Below, in pieces: positions 1 to 12,186 of a stretch of 64,000 bases of DNA. Position numbers and translations under genes: made by a program. Source of the DNA: Schizochytrium sp. TIO01 (lineage: Eukaryota; Protista; Bigyra: Labyrinthulomycetes); the NCBI GenBank assembly GCA_004764695.1, contig SMSO01000025.1, positions 2,046,001 to 2,110,000 of the forward strand, written 5' to 3'. The notes below the pieces were generated by a model. The model made no database searches and had not been told where the DNA came from. It worked only from the letters and a program-made list of their open reading frames with translations. The stretch's first letter is position 1; the number at the start of each line of letters is the position of its first letter.

Positions 1-161
1 AGTTCAATGGTCACAAGGCTCATTGAATTGCCTGTTCGCAATGGTCTTAAAACTAGGGTGTTCTCTTCTCGAAAACGTGTGTATTTGATTGTGTGTTCCA
101 TTGGAAGTTTCAAGTCATTGAGTTGCTCCACCTGCGCTTGCCTTTTGTTTACATCGGTCAT
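1..161 (-). CDS. Possible 5' end of a gene running off the left edge (hypothetical protein, partial)
   Basis: Hand translation: the ATG at 161 (minus strand) opens MTDVNKRQAQVEQLNDLKLPMEHTIKYTRFREENTLVLRPLRTGNSMSLVTIE with no stop before position 1. Too short to assign. Confidence 0.3.
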   Translation of the reverse strand, partial: MTDVNKRQAQVEQLNDLKLPMEHTIKYTRFREENTLVLRPLRTGNSMSLVTIE

Positions 162-665
162 CGCTGCGGTGTCCTGAAGTCTGATTGGCGTCTCGAACTC
201 AAGTTGCGTATTGCTTTAAATAGGCTTGCTTGACCTGAGAACAGTCTCTCCATGGTCTTTTTGAAGTGTTTATAGATACACAACGAAAAAATATAAAAAA
301 AATGTGTAAAGTTGGCAGAGGCTGACTTCTACTTAGATCTCTTCATGTGAGCACGCCTTTCGGGCCGGTGATGGAGTTCTTGAGAGCTTAATTGGCGTTC
401 TGAGTATTTGGCATATTGTGAGGGCCTCCGAATACCACCTGCTCTTACTTGCTTGCTGGTTCGTAGGTATTGTATTATTCATTGTTGTGCACCTTGAGGG
501 GACAAGCTTTAGTAAGATTCTGACTTGCTTTTGTGTTTGAGATATAACAAAGGATTTTGGGGACCTTGAAGAGTTTCCATCTTTTGCAGAGTCCTGTTCA
601 TTAGGGGCCTTTGTTTGCTGCTGAGAGCCGAGGAGGGATGTGTAGTCATGTGTGCAAACATGTTA

Positions 666-669
<4 letters not shown>

Positions 670-701
<32 letters not shown>
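670..701. repeat. (TA)n microsatellite
   Basis: Perfect TA run seen directly. Confidence 0.95.
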
Positions 702-703
<2 letters not shown>

Positions 704-2193
704 AGCTACTAGTAGAGGTAGGTATCGTAGATTTGGTTTTAATAATCATAATACTAGAGCATGCAGCACGTGCCGCTACCGAGGCCGCATAGATACCGAC
801 ATATCGCCTGATTTGGTTGGTAGTTTTATCTTTGCAAGTAGTTGGGCATATGCGATTAAATGCAGTAGGCAGCCCGTTTGCTCCCAACATGCCAGAATGC
901 AGTTCAAGGTCCAGGTCGCGATAGCGGAGGTTTCAAGGCGTTACTTTTAATCATTATTCGTTCCTTTTTTTTTTTCTTTTTTAAAAATATTAAAAGTATT
1001 AAAAATTAAAGAATAACAACCGTGACTTGAATAATAATAAAAATAAACAATCAAACAAACATACTCGTAGAGCTCAATACTTAGCTCGTTAGCTCGAACG
1101 AGACATGCGTTTGAAGAGGACAGGCTGGTGTCAATAGGGAGGTTCAAAGGGCTTTGTCACAACACGCATAAATGTTTATTTTGGTTAGTTCGAGTAAAGC
1201 TGCTCATCTTTGGCTACTTATTACATGCATGATCAAAACGAACGACGGACATGTCTTTCAAGAGATCCATCGTTTCTGTGCTTTCCTTTTGATGTTGTTG
1301 TGGTCATTGTTATTGTTGTCATACTATTCTATATATATAGCCATGGAACTTTAAATAATTCTTGAATAATAGATTTAATTTAAAAGAAAATAAACTTTTT
1401 TTCATTTGAAAAGGGAAAAGAAAAAAGTCCCTTTTGATGCTTGATCTGTGCGGTTTGCAGTAGATAGGTACTTTGGTACTACGTTTTGAAGGCATTTTAC
1501 CTAGATTGCCCCTGTATTGATTAGATCAAGTTTCTGTAGGATCGAAAGAAGTGCATAGACTCTGGCAATATCATCGTTTTTTATATTTTATTGAACATAT
1601 ATAGAACATGTAAAAAATGAAGTTATCTCCTGACAAGTATAACGCTTTTTCACCTTCTTGAAAAACACTACGCGTAGTTTATGAATCTGAAAACCCTCAA
1701 TTCCCTCTATCGTGAATTGAAGATCGTAATCAGTAGCTGCAGATAGACTTGTATTTTCTCTCCGTTGACAGAAGAAAATGTACATAGATCGTAATGACTG
1801 TCGTTGGCATGATCCCTCTACAATCTTGTTCACTCGTTTGCAAACAAAAACAATACACTACATTAATGTTTCCTATCCAACCGCAGATAAAAGGAAGTAC
1901 ACACGAACGAACTATGGTAGCGTAGTCTGTCTTCCTCCACGAGCTTGGTATTTTACAATGGTTACATTTATGAAGTATTGTTTCTGGCAACGATAGACAG
2001 CTTTTCTAATATTCTTCTCTACCTTATTTGAAGAAACATGTTAATCCGCCATATATTTGTCACGTATCAGTCAATTTAGCAACAAAACGAATGAACATAC
2101 AAGTAAACTATGAATATAGATCTGGAAAGAGTAAACACGTAGCAGCAATAACATGATAATACAAATTTGATGAAAGTTATAAATTGAAATATA

Positions 2194-3078
2194 TTAGCTG
2201 TATATGTCAGTTCGACGCTTCTTGTGGAAATCGCTGTTATGGCGATCTTCGAACTGACGATGGTAGCTTTTGTTCTCCAGTACCTTTGAATGCCGTGCAG
2301 GGAACGACATTCCATTGCAACACGGAGCAGGATGAGATACATCACATTGACGAATGCTGCGGAGCTCTTCCTGGCGAAGCTGTTCTTGGCGAAACTGGAG
2401 GAACTCCGGCTCTCCCGAGTTGCGCCGCTCCCTCCATTCGCGTCGCACGCTCCAGCACATCGACGACCACCCCATGTAGTCCAAATCCAAGTATTCGTAG
2501 ACGAAATGCTTTCGGTAGGCATGTTCATCGCAATACTTATGCTCATGAGCATGGCAAATGACGTTGCAGCATGAGTAGTCCATGAATCTAATGAACTCCA
2601 TGTCCAACCTGGTCACCAGTGTGGTATCTACGAGGACCATGTTGGACCCGAACTTTGCCGGGAGATTCTGGCGGATCGACTCCTCATTGCCTTCGACAAT
2701 GGGAATGCCACGGGTGCTCCGGAGGTTCAAGTTCATCTGACACTCATTCGCACAGTCACTACAACATGCAGTCCGGCATATGCTACATTGATGTATGAGA
2801 GGAGTGCCACTGGTGGATGCGCAGTTCGGACATTCATTCAGCGTCCCACCTTGAGAAGACTGTGAACGATAACGTTTGAGTTGGCGTTCATGATGCAATC
2901 CCCTGGCATCATCCTCTCGTGTTCTTGAACTGTAGTCCGGCCAATCCCTCTGCATGCTATCCTCCCCCGACGAGTATTCGTCCCACGACCTTCGAGAGTA
3001 GCCACGATCTATCTCCCTGGTCTCATCAGTTCTTGAGAGCGGAGATGAGGCTGACGATGTTCCCATCGGGCGGGACAT
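2194..3078 (-). CDS. Hypothetical Cys/His-rich protein (putative zinc-binding), 294 aa
   Basis: Long ATG-initiated ORF, GC-richer than its flanks. Low-complexity S/R/D N-terminus, then CPNC-x11-CSICRTACCSDCANEC and a second cluster CCNVICHAHEHKYCDEH. Confidence 0.7.
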   Translation of the reverse strand: MSRPMGTSSASSPLSRTDETREIDRGYSRRSWDEYSSGEDSMQRDWPDYSSRTREDDARGLHHERQLKRYRSQSSQGGTLNECPNCASTSGTPLIHQCSICRTACCSDCANECQMNLNLRSTRGIPIVEGNEESIRQNLPAKFGSNMVLVDTTLVTRLDMEFIRFMDYSCCNVICHAHEHKYCDEHAYRKHFVYEYLDLDYMGWSSMCWSVRREWRERRNSGEPEFLQFRQEQLRQEELRSIRQCDVSHPAPCCNGMSFPARHSKVLENKSYHRQFEDRHNSDFHKKRRTDIYS

Positions 3079-4188
3079 TCGCTCAATCGGAGATGGTCAC
3101 CAGTGGGTAAGGAAGCAACCAAGCGAGCGAGCAAATATGCAGGTAGGCAAGAAGGAACTCAATCGGTCTGATGGTTAAGGGTTTGCCACAGTCTGCCACG
3201 AAATGGTTTGCATAGCCCTCTCAAAAAGGGCCCTGAAAGAGAAGAAAATGAAGGGATCACAGGAGCAACAGATTTAAGCTTCGTTAAAAAAAAACTACAC
3301 GTTGTACATACATCAAGTAGTATATAGTGACTCAATCATAAACCATTTTTACACATTGCATTGTTGAGAGCATTTGCACTCCCGCCTCGGGGTGTGGTCC
3401 TTGTTATATTACTAAACGTTACTAAGCATCTACCTACTTCTTACGTGTGACAGCAGAAGTCCGTCTCCAAATGACTATATTTAACACTAAGTAGGTACTA
3501 TTGGTTGATTCTTAGGGAGAGTACTCAGCCAAAAACCTACAGGCATCAGGCAAGGAACAGACCATTCTACACTGCACGAGCCACGAAAAGGCCTTGTGAA
3601 TTCTTTCAGTGCCAGTTAAGATGCCGCCAATACTTAGATTGACAATTGATGAGAGTAGCTATTGATGAGAGCGATCGTGTCAAAGATGATGATGTAGACA
3701 GTAGTTGTGTTAAATTCAGTATACGATCTCACAATCTCAAGTGTCGTCAAGGCATCAACAGGATCCTCAGGGAATTGGTTGGGAATCGCTATTTATAACC
3801 CACCAATGAAGCATTGTTACACATGATGGCCGCGTAGTAGTAAATCCATGAAAAGTTATGTAATCGCTTTGCAGAAACTGAAAAACAGGAACAGTTAAAG
3901 ATTATGTCTCTCTATATATTATGCGAAAATAGTCATATTTTTCCTGGGCTGCACCAAGCGCAGAACGCTCTAGTGATGGCTCTCAATCATGAAATGCTTT
4001 TGTAGCAGACGAACAGTTCTCATGATCTTAGTCGTGGGTTTACCTATATTTAAGGAAAGGTTTCTATTATATATTTTTTCAGCTTGATAATGGGATACCA
4101 AGTTACGGCCTATATTTAGTGGCCAGTACCGCAACTTAAAAAGTAAAGAAAGTAAACATGAAACAAACGGGTATTTACTCCGATTAGT

Positions 4189-5604
4189 TTAATCTACAAT
4201 ACGTTTGAGGGACCGAATAAGGTGGCCCTCCCCGATTTCATTATCCTCAGCATCAATATAATCATTTGGGATAATGCCTCCCCTACCCAGAATAGAGGAG
4301 CACTCTGGGTCGCCATCAATCACCAAATCTCCGCCATAGCATTTGGGCAAGTTTTCAGACGGCACCTGTTTCAATAAATCTTCTGTGGGAGTATGACCAT
4401 ATATACGAACTTTGGAGCGTGTATTTGGATCAAGAAAGGTCTTCACTACCTTCCAAAGGATAGAAAAAATCTTCGGCGCATTAATGACATGAGCAACCTT
4501 GAGACGTTCTGGATAGTAGTGATCGTGAATGAATACACAAGATTTAAAAACATGAAACCCAACTGTGTGCCAATGACGCATGCTTAAATTAGCAACGTCA
4601 ACAATTAGAGTTGCTTGGTATTGTTGCTTTCCCATACGCCGTTCAGACTCAATGCATAGGCGCTCAAAATATTCCTCCTTGAAGATCGAGTAATTCACAA
4701 ACTCAGACTCTTCGATACGTGCCATACACGTCGGTACATCAATGCTACCAATGCGATCGATAAAAAGAGGGGTCCCGTCTCGATCCCACATACAATAGCC
4801 TCCTGGGACCCACCTACGAAACGTGTGGCTAGGGTTGTAAGTTTCAATGATTTGTTCGGGATGAGTTTCCTTGCGCCACTTTGCTGCCGCGCGATACATT
4901 TTCTCTGATTCATCCAAAGTTTTACGCGCCCGGACAAAGCGAATCAATACGCAATCGCTCATATCAAGAGGCCGTGTCGTACATTGATCTACGAGGTCAG
5001 TAAGGCGCTCACGCAGTTCATTTACAGCAGATAGTTCAGCTTTTGTCTTTATTACCCAACCATCGACAGTTGAAGGCAACACTCGCGGAGCACCGTTCGT
5101 GCTCCTCGAAGAGGGTTCACGACACACATCAGTATGCCAAGAATTCGCTTGACATTGTGCAGTTCCAAGATTCTGCTGTGACACTATTCGCTGTTGTAAG
5201 CTTTGACCTGCTGTCGTCCTCCTGTCATGGGCAGTGTTTAATGGCATCGTCTTCGCATTACCGCCAACATCGCAAGTTTCGGCAAGTTTCTGATATTGCT
5301 CGAGGTTTAGAGCTGCTTTAGTTGATGTTGCGCGGCCGGTGAACACAAACAACAACATAAAGATGCAAGCAATTATGGTGGATGCAATCTTTTGATAGTC
5401 ATCTTCGATCTTTTTCAGGGCAAGCTCGCTCCACAGCACCATTCCGCACACTGCAAGTAGGCCTCGGTTTAACGCGTTTGTATATTGTACACCTGCATTT
5501 CCATGCATTTCTCGCAGAGCCTGTAGAAGCTCATGCTCCAGATCCGCGAGTCGCGCTTCCGCGCCTTCACCCGGGTCTGTCCAGTTGTCATTTTGCAGAT
5601 CCAT
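4189..5604 (-). CDS. CRAL-TRIO/Sec14-like lipid-binding protein with hydrophobic N-terminal segments
   Basis: CRAL-TRIO N motif (DCVLIRFVRARK...WRK), DRDGTPLFIDRIG, TLIVDVANLS, HYYPERLKVAHVINAPKIFSILWKVVKTFLDPNTRSKV and LPKCYGG are all Sec14 hallmarks. Confidence 0.92.
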   Translation of the reverse strand: MDLQNDNWTDPGEGAEARLADLEHELLQALREMHGNAGVQYTNALNRGLLAVCGMVLWSELALKKIEDDYQKIASTIIACIFMLLFVFTGRATSTKAALNLEQYQKLAETCDVGGNAKTMPLNTAHDRRTTAGQSLQQRIVSQQNLGTAQCQANSWHTDVCREPSSRSTNGAPRVLPSTVDGWVIKTKAELSAVNELRERLTDLVDQCTTRPLDMSDCVLIRFVRARKTLDESEKMYRAAAKWRKETHPEQIIETYNPSHTFRRWVPGGYCMWDRDGTPLFIDRIGSIDVPTCMARIEESEFVNYSIFKEEYFERLCIESERRMGKQQYQATLIVDVANLSMRHWHTVGFHVFKSCVFIHDHYYPERLKVAHVINAPKIFSILWKVVKTFLDPNTRSKVRIYGHTPTEDLLKQVPSENLPKCYGGDLVIDGDPECSSILGRGGIIPNDYIDAEDNEIGEGHLIRSLKRIVD

Positions 5605-7860
5605 GAATAGCAGCCAGCTTCTTCAGGAGAGCTTTCTCGCTCTTATCAAATAATATTGGTCTACCGCGGTCTGTCCAGAGGTCCTCGCTTCCTTCGTGAT
5701 ACCTACAGAGCATGCGCCGAATCCTGCGTGGCACCGCAATTTGCAAAGGTAATTGGACCCAAATGTATGGCACGATCATGGTCAATACGTAGGTTCATCA
5801 TATCTTTGAGTAAACCTCTCGGGCGCACTCCTGTAGGAGTAGCTAGTAGGTTCCTATGAATTTCTATGCAATGTGTAAAGCATAGATTCCCGCGCCTCTG
5901 ACTGGTGGTATTCAAGCCCATTCCATGATATTCGGGAGCCTTTGGGTTGCGTTTATATATACTAATGCATATTGACCAGGCCTCGACGTTTCTTGCCCAA
6001 CCAGGCACTTGTATAGCATCAGAGTTCGGGAGAAGGCCTAGTAGTTTGAGTCTAGTACAACCAGAAATTGACTCGCCGTAACAAAAAGCAAACAATTGGA
6101 CCTTGTCAATTTTTATTTATTTTTCAATCAAAATAATTTTTAATTAAAAAATTGCAATTACCACTACATAAGATTACGGTACCTGCATAGAAAATGATAC
6201 AGTTCGTAGAAAAAACAAAAACAAAAAAAACATTGATGCTAGTCCAGTCACACGCCGTTGGGAGGCGTAGCGAATGATGCGGTTTGAGAATTTGCAACGA
6301 CAGGTGCAGTCCGTGGCTGGCTGGAGCAGGTATTAATGATTCTAGTCGAAGATTGCCAGTTGAAAGGTCATACATACATAGTGGGCAGTGCAAGCAGTAT
6401 TCTGTAAAATGTGACTTGAACTCTTCTTCCCAAGTTTCCGTCTCTGCTGTTTTACCATATGGTAGGGACCTTGATAGTACCCATACTACCATGTAGGTAG
6501 GTAGGTACGATGTATTTGGCACTCCTGCTTAGGTGGGTACTAGGGACTTTCTAATCACTAATTAGAATAGTTGTCTCCCATGGTACTGCTGACATTTGAT
6601 GTAACGGAAACTGGGAACTCACCAAGTGGCGCATTAAGTCACAACAAGCTGCTTGGGCAATTCTAGTGACTCCACTGCACACTAGCCTGATGCTTGGACT
6701 AAACCCCCGTACAGCTATCTACTAGCTGTCAAGGAGGAATGTTTTGAAATTCACGATATAGATTCAAGTTTCCTTCTAGTGGTGTCCTCCCCTAGTAAAG
6801 AAATAAGAAGAGTAAAATAAGCTACAAAAAATAGTCAACGGCGTAGTGAGGAAGAGTAAACCAATGAACTTGTTGTTATCTGTTTAAAATGCTAGGCATA
6901 TACACCTGCATCAGGTAGGGGAATAGCGGAGCGGTCATGTAATACAAGCATGATTGCTTCTCTAACTTTGACACCAGCATGGTGCGCTTCTTAAGCTAGT
7001 AGGGGTAATACGAATTTCGGATAATGTTGTGAAGGTGTTTTCCAATCAGGAGAGACCGCAATATGAGTGAAGCCAAACATGAAGCCACAGCAGTAACAGG
7101 ATCTCTTGATTTACAGAAAATGTTCTTTGCAAGATTGAAAATGCCTGCCTTTTCTCTTCAGCGTTAGACCCATTTTGCAAACTCTGACATTGTTGAGATA
7201 GCTTTGCATGTAAAGAGCAACCAATATTGCGTTTGCTAAATACCGGCGGGCAACTAGGGTTTTGAAAGTGGAGTGTAGCTATGTGCAATCGAAGACAAGA
7301 CGCCGTGAACTTGCTCATAAACTTCCAACGCCAACTATATTTCTTTCTTTCTTGAAGTCTTTTTGGGGGGGGGAACATAGTACCCATTTGTTAGTTTATA
7401 AGAAAGCTGATATGGCGCCGTGGGCGAGACATCCAACGAGCTTTTTGGAGTTATCTTATACCACACTCCAGGGGGCCACAACGAGGGACAAAAGAATGGA
7501 CAACGCCAATACAAAGGAATACACGCTTGCTTTGGTTCAGTTTTGATAGGAACTTAAGGCCGTCCAAGTGTCTATAGCTTGCTTCAGGAGCTAACTGGTA
7601 TAATTATAAAGGGTTTCAACGGATATCTTGGTCTGGTATGATAGTTTTCACCATGTACGAAACTTTTTCGTAAGTATATTGCGACACAGGGACGCATAGT
7701 GAAGCACATCTAGACACAGCACTTTGTTGACTTGATATAAGAGTCAAGTGATATTTGAAAGCAAAACGCCAACATGCATCGGCCTTTTGCATGTTTGGTT
7801 TCAAGCCTAGGTCATTCATTATATATTAGGGTCAGTGTCACCTAACAAAAGTTTTAGCAC

Positions 7861-9369
7861 ATGGTTGCTCAGAGGCTGCATAGACAATGTCAAGGATCAT
7901 TAATAGCACTATGTCTGCTTGCAAGCATCTTTCACACGGTGCAAGCCTCAGTAGACATTTTGGTGCCAATTGATGGAGTCATGACCCAAGTTGAAATTCT
8001 AGAGAAAACCCTTCCTTACAGTCCTTTTTTTGGTATTCGCTCGAATAAAACCTGGACACCAACAAGGATTTCTTTGCCTGTAACTTTTGTTGACGATCAG
8101 GTTATGGCCGACATTTGTGATACTTTTGCAAATGGCTCCGTGCCAGATTTCTCTGGACAACTGCTCTATGTTGATGATAATGTTGATTACATGTGCAGTG
8201 GCGTCTGGGGTACATACGCCAACTACAAGCATATACAAAATTGGTGCTTGATGAATGGCACTATTGTGTTCTCTGGAGATTCTAACTTAGCATTCCTTGC
8301 ACAGCCAGGCGACTTTTTTGAATCTATCCTTGAAGGAGATGCCGGGAGTGCTGTAAAAACCTGCTTTTGGATTTTTGGCTATAATACGTATACATCCCAG
8401 GCGTCTCAAGCTCTTCAGCTCACGCAAAACGCATCTGGAACATATTTGGCTAATATTACCATGGATTGGTCCCGGCAAATGGACACAATTGAACCATTTG
8501 CAATGGTGGTAATTCTTCCTATATTAGGTGTGATGTTCTTATATATATCGGGCCACGGAGTTGAGGTCTTACTACACCGCATCCGCGATAGTCAACAACT
8601 CCTGATCGAACATGTTTTGATTCTTGTTATCAATATCGTGGTTCTTTTCACAATCGGTATAATTCGCTTTGTGACACCTTTCAGAACTCTAAGCATGGGG
8701 CTCTATTTATTTACCTATCAGGATTTTTATTTGCTTGGGACGTCAACATCCTTCCTTCTTGCGACCATATATATGAATGCAGTGAATCAACTACAGAACA
8801 TGCACTCTAGAAATCCAAAGAGAAGGCGAATCATTGGATTTCTCTGTTTCGTTTTAGTAATCTGTGAATTTGTCTCTGATATTGGCTATACAAGAATGAA
8901 TACTGGCAGTACAAATATAATAATCAGCCTTATCGCTTTGCTTATGATAGCGTTACAGATCATAGCTATTGTTGTTTTATGGGTCAAGACGATACAGACT
9001 GCAAATCTCTTAAAACATATGCAAATCTCAACACATAACCGAAGTGGTAAAATCATGCAACGGTTAGAGCTTCATCTTCGTTTATGGGTCCGTATTTCTG
9101 TAGTTGCTGCCACCATGGCAACTTTAATATTGATTATGGTAATGCTAGGATTCTATTCGTCTGATTACCATGCTCTCAGAACCGTTTTTGATGTGGGTCG
9201 CGCAATCGGCGCATTAGCAGAAATTCAGGCCTGTCGATCACTTCGTGAACGAAAGTCTAAACGACATCGTGACATTATAGAAACTCTAAAGAATTCCAGT
9301 ACTGCGAGTCACGTACACCCAACAACCTCTCAATCCATGTCAAGTGCTTTGCACGCTCCTATTAAATGA
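7861..9369 (+). CDS. Orphan signal-peptide + ectodomain + 7TM membrane protein (receptor-like), paralog 1
   Basis: 502-aa ORF with a hydrophobic signal peptide, a ~180-aa Cys-containing ectodomain with N-x-S/T sites, about seven hydrophobic helices and an S/T/basic tail. Alignable by eye to the next gene. Confidence 0.8.
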   Translation: MVAQRLHRQCQGSLIALCLLASIFHTVQASVDILVPIDGVMTQVEILEKTLPYSPFFGIRSNKTWTPTRISLPVTFVDDQVMADICDTFANGSVPDFSGQLLYVDDNVDYMCSGVWGTYANYKHIQNWCLMNGTIVFSGDSNLAFLAQPGDFFESILEGDAGSAVKTCFWIFGYNTYTSQASQALQLTQNASGTYLANITMDWSRQMDTIEPFAMVVILPILGVMFLYISGHGVEVLLHRIRDSQQLLIEHVLILVINIVVLFTIGIIRFVTPFRTLSMGLYLFTYQDFYLLGTSTSFLLATIYMNAVNQLQNMHSRNPKRRRIIGFLCFVLVICEFVSDIGYTRMNTGSTNIIISLIALLMIALQIIAIVVLWVKTIQTANLLKHMQISTHNRSGKIMQRLELHLRLWVRISVVAATMATLILIMVMLGFYSSDYHALRTVFDVGRAIGALAEIQACRSLRERKSKRHRDIIETLKNSSTASHVHPTTSQSMSSALHAPIK

Positions 9370-10557
9370 GATACTAGTACTTCTATTTCTATTATTGATT
9401 TTATATTTGCAAAATGCACCTTATAGATATAGTTATGATTTTTGCTGGGGTCCTTGATCGCCGTCTGTTTGCGTGGTTTCATCGGCTCTAAGAAAGTTAT
9501 AGTATACTTCAAAGTCGAAGATTCGTCAAAATACGCCGTATCACTTCATTAGAACTAAAAGAGAATAAAAGAGCATTCAAAATGGGTAAACAAAAACATT
9601 CTATTTAGCCAACTAGGTGCACTTTCTAAAAGATGCACTTTGTTATGTTCTTGTTTTTCTCCCACGAGAGGGGGGAAATGGACACTTCACAGGTTTGGAG
9701 TCCCGTTTAGTACGCGCATTATGTGTGATTTAAACCACTTAAGCAGAGTTATGTGTACCTGTGAACCAGGTACCAGTATCCTCTGATAGACTGAATTTCT
9801 GCATCTCCCATGTTATATTCGAGCTAAATACACAAATAACTACGTAGCTTTAGTTAACTTCATTACATCCAGAGGGGATAATAGCAGCATGATGAGCCAA
9901 TACCACAGCAAAGACGTACATAGTATAAGTCCGTCCAAGATACAACGTTTTTGCAAGAGTAAATAGCTCTTATATGTACTTCTGTTCAACAATTAAGTTC
10001 CACATGCAATCAATCGGGTGAACCCTTTGGCTATATTCTAACTGGTCATGTGTGCAGTCTTCCATGTTTCCGACTGTTGGAGAGCCGTTGCTAGAACCAC
10101 TTAAAAATGTTAATTAAAAATTAAAAATTTAAATTATTCGTAAGCCTGCATAATGGAGTTTAGCAAGAATTGGATCCCCATCTTTATAATTTACGAGTGC
10201 TTTAATACATCTTTAAATCATTAATTTTGACTTTATACATATTTTATATCTGTTCATATATTCCTAAATAAAATAAAAGTAAGGCATTCTTTTTTTTTTT
10301 TAAATCCCAGGTAGGCCATATATAGATGAGCAAACCCAAACGGAACCTAAAACCTCAAAGGTCTTTGCTATTCATCTAGTATTTAAAAAATAAAAATAAG
10401 AGATAATATTTTAAAATGATACTTACTCAATGCAATTGCTAGGTATAGCTGCTTAGGCTTCATAATACTAGTGATGAAAGGCCATAAGGAAGGTCACAAG
10501 AAAGGTCACAACCAGTTCAACAACGATGTGCCAACAAACCCTGCGTGTACAGCAACG

Positions 10558-12186
10558 ATGATGTCGTTGGAAATCCTTTTCTGTTTATTATGCTATGCCG
10601 TGTGGCTACAGGGGTGTGGGGCAGAACTTGTGCTCTCCTTCCCACGACAAGATATGAATAATTCTCAATGGTCTGTTGTAATAGATGATACTCCACCAAA
10701 CAATATGTTTTTCGGCGTGCAACCCACTCAAACATATGAGCCAAGTCGTTCCATGCAGCTTGCTACGCTTATTGATGCTGAAAATCTAGAAAACTTTTGC
10801 GAGATGATGACACAGGAAACTCCACCGAACCTCTTTGGTCAAATGCTCATTATCACAGAGGGAATTGACTTTATGTGTAGTGGACGTATCGGAACAATGA
10901 TTAACCTTGACTTTTATCATGGGTGGTGTAGCTTAAATGCGACGCTACTTCGTTATGGGACCTTTGGCAATGAGCTTGATTATGGTGGCGGTCCATATTT
11001 TCGAAATCCTGACAAGATCTTACAAGATTGTTTTTATGTCTTTGCAACAAATCAAAACCAACCAGAAGAGGTTACTGAAATGATGCAATTTATAAAATAC
11101 AACCCTGTCTATGTATATGCCAATATCTCAATGAATTGGACGGATGAACTCATTAAGCCAGGCGATATGTTGACTCGTGCAAACCATGTAACGATTGGGA
11201 TATTTTTCTTTCAAAGCTTTTTATTAGGCGTCAAGGCGCTAAATGAACGCTTAAGATCTGGCAAACATACTCAAGTGGAGCAGTTTATCATTTTATTGGT
11301 GAATATTATCACATCGATTACTCTTAGCATCTGCCGGGCTGTCCTTCCGTTTCGAATTACTAGTTCGGTAGTTTTCTTCTGGACATATAGGAACTTTATG
11401 TTCTGGGGCTCAACAACTTCTTTTCTGCTTATAAGTGTGTACGCAGAAGCTTCGTGTACATTGAGCGGAAACCCAGACTACAAAAGACGCTTGAAACTCT
11501 TGCGTTCAGTATTCATGCTTCTAGCGGCATCATGTATCATACTAGAACTAGGCAACATTTATGCGAACACTTATTATAACACTGGAAACTACTATAAGCT
11601 TAACAAACTTGGTGTAGCTGGTGCCTGGATGCAAGTCATTTCAGTATGCATTCTGTGGGTATATTCAATTAGAACTGCAAATATTATTCGTTTCGTGCGC
11701 AAAACATCTGGAGCAAAGGCGACCTCACGTAGTCAAAAAGCCCTACGACTTGTGGAGCGCAAACTACGTTTCTGGATTCACCTTTCGGTATTTGCTGCTG
11801 TGATGTCTTTGGTTTGTTCGCTGCTCACAAGCTTGGGGGTCCAAAATATTTCCCATCTTATAGATCAACTTTTGAGATTCTCATTTGATCTGTCGAAATG
11901 GATGTGCCTTACAGCAGAAATTAACGCGTGTAGGCCATCGGTTGAGAAACCATCTACGAGAACGTTTCCTTGGTGTTGGAGATTTTTCTTGCGACTCAGT
12001 CCCTTGTCGAGTTCTACAATTTATGTTCAGAGATCTAGTGAGGGTCTCAATGCGAGCAACTCGCACGATAGGTTTTCGGAGCAGAACTCCACAACATTAA
12101 AAACTACAGTAGCGCGTTACTCCACCAAAAGAGCTTCAATAGAAAACTACTATATTCGTTCAATACAGAACAACAATATTAATTAA
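10558..12186 (+). CDS. Orphan signal-peptide + ectodomain + 7TM membrane protein (receptor-like), paralog 2
   Basis: ATG at 10558 (MMSLEILFCLL..., signal peptide) preferred over the GTG at 10471. Shares FFG, GQ(L/M)L, D(Y/F)MCSG, WC, CF, ANI(T/S)M(D/N)W, PFR, TSFLL, TAN and AEI(Q/N)ACR with paralog 1. Confidence 0.8.
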   Translation: MMSLEILFCLLCYAVWLQGCGAELVLSFPRQDMNNSQWSVVIDDTPPNNMFFGVQPTQTYEPSRSMQLATLIDAENLENFCEMMTQETPPNLFGQMLIITEGIDFMCSGRIGTMINLDFYHGWCSLNATLLRYGTFGNELDYGGGPYFRNPDKILQDCFYVFATNQNQPEEVTEMMQFIKYNPVYVYANISMNWTDELIKPGDMLTRANHVTIGIFFFQSFLLGVKALNERLRSGKHTQVEQFIILLVNIITSITLSICRAVLPFRITSSVVFFWTYRNFMFWGSTTSFLLISVYAEASCTLSGNPDYKRRLKLLRSVFMLLAASCIILELGNIYANTYYNTGNYYKLNKLGVAGAWMQVISVCILWVYSIRTANIIRFVRKTSGAKATSRSQKALRLVERKLRFWIHLSVFAAVMSLVCSLLTSLGVQNISHLIDQLLRFSFDLSKWMCLTAEINACRPSVEKPSTRTFPWCWRFFLRLSPLSSSTIYVQRSSEGLNASNSHDRFSEQNSTTLKTTVARYSTKRASIENYYIRSIQNNNIN

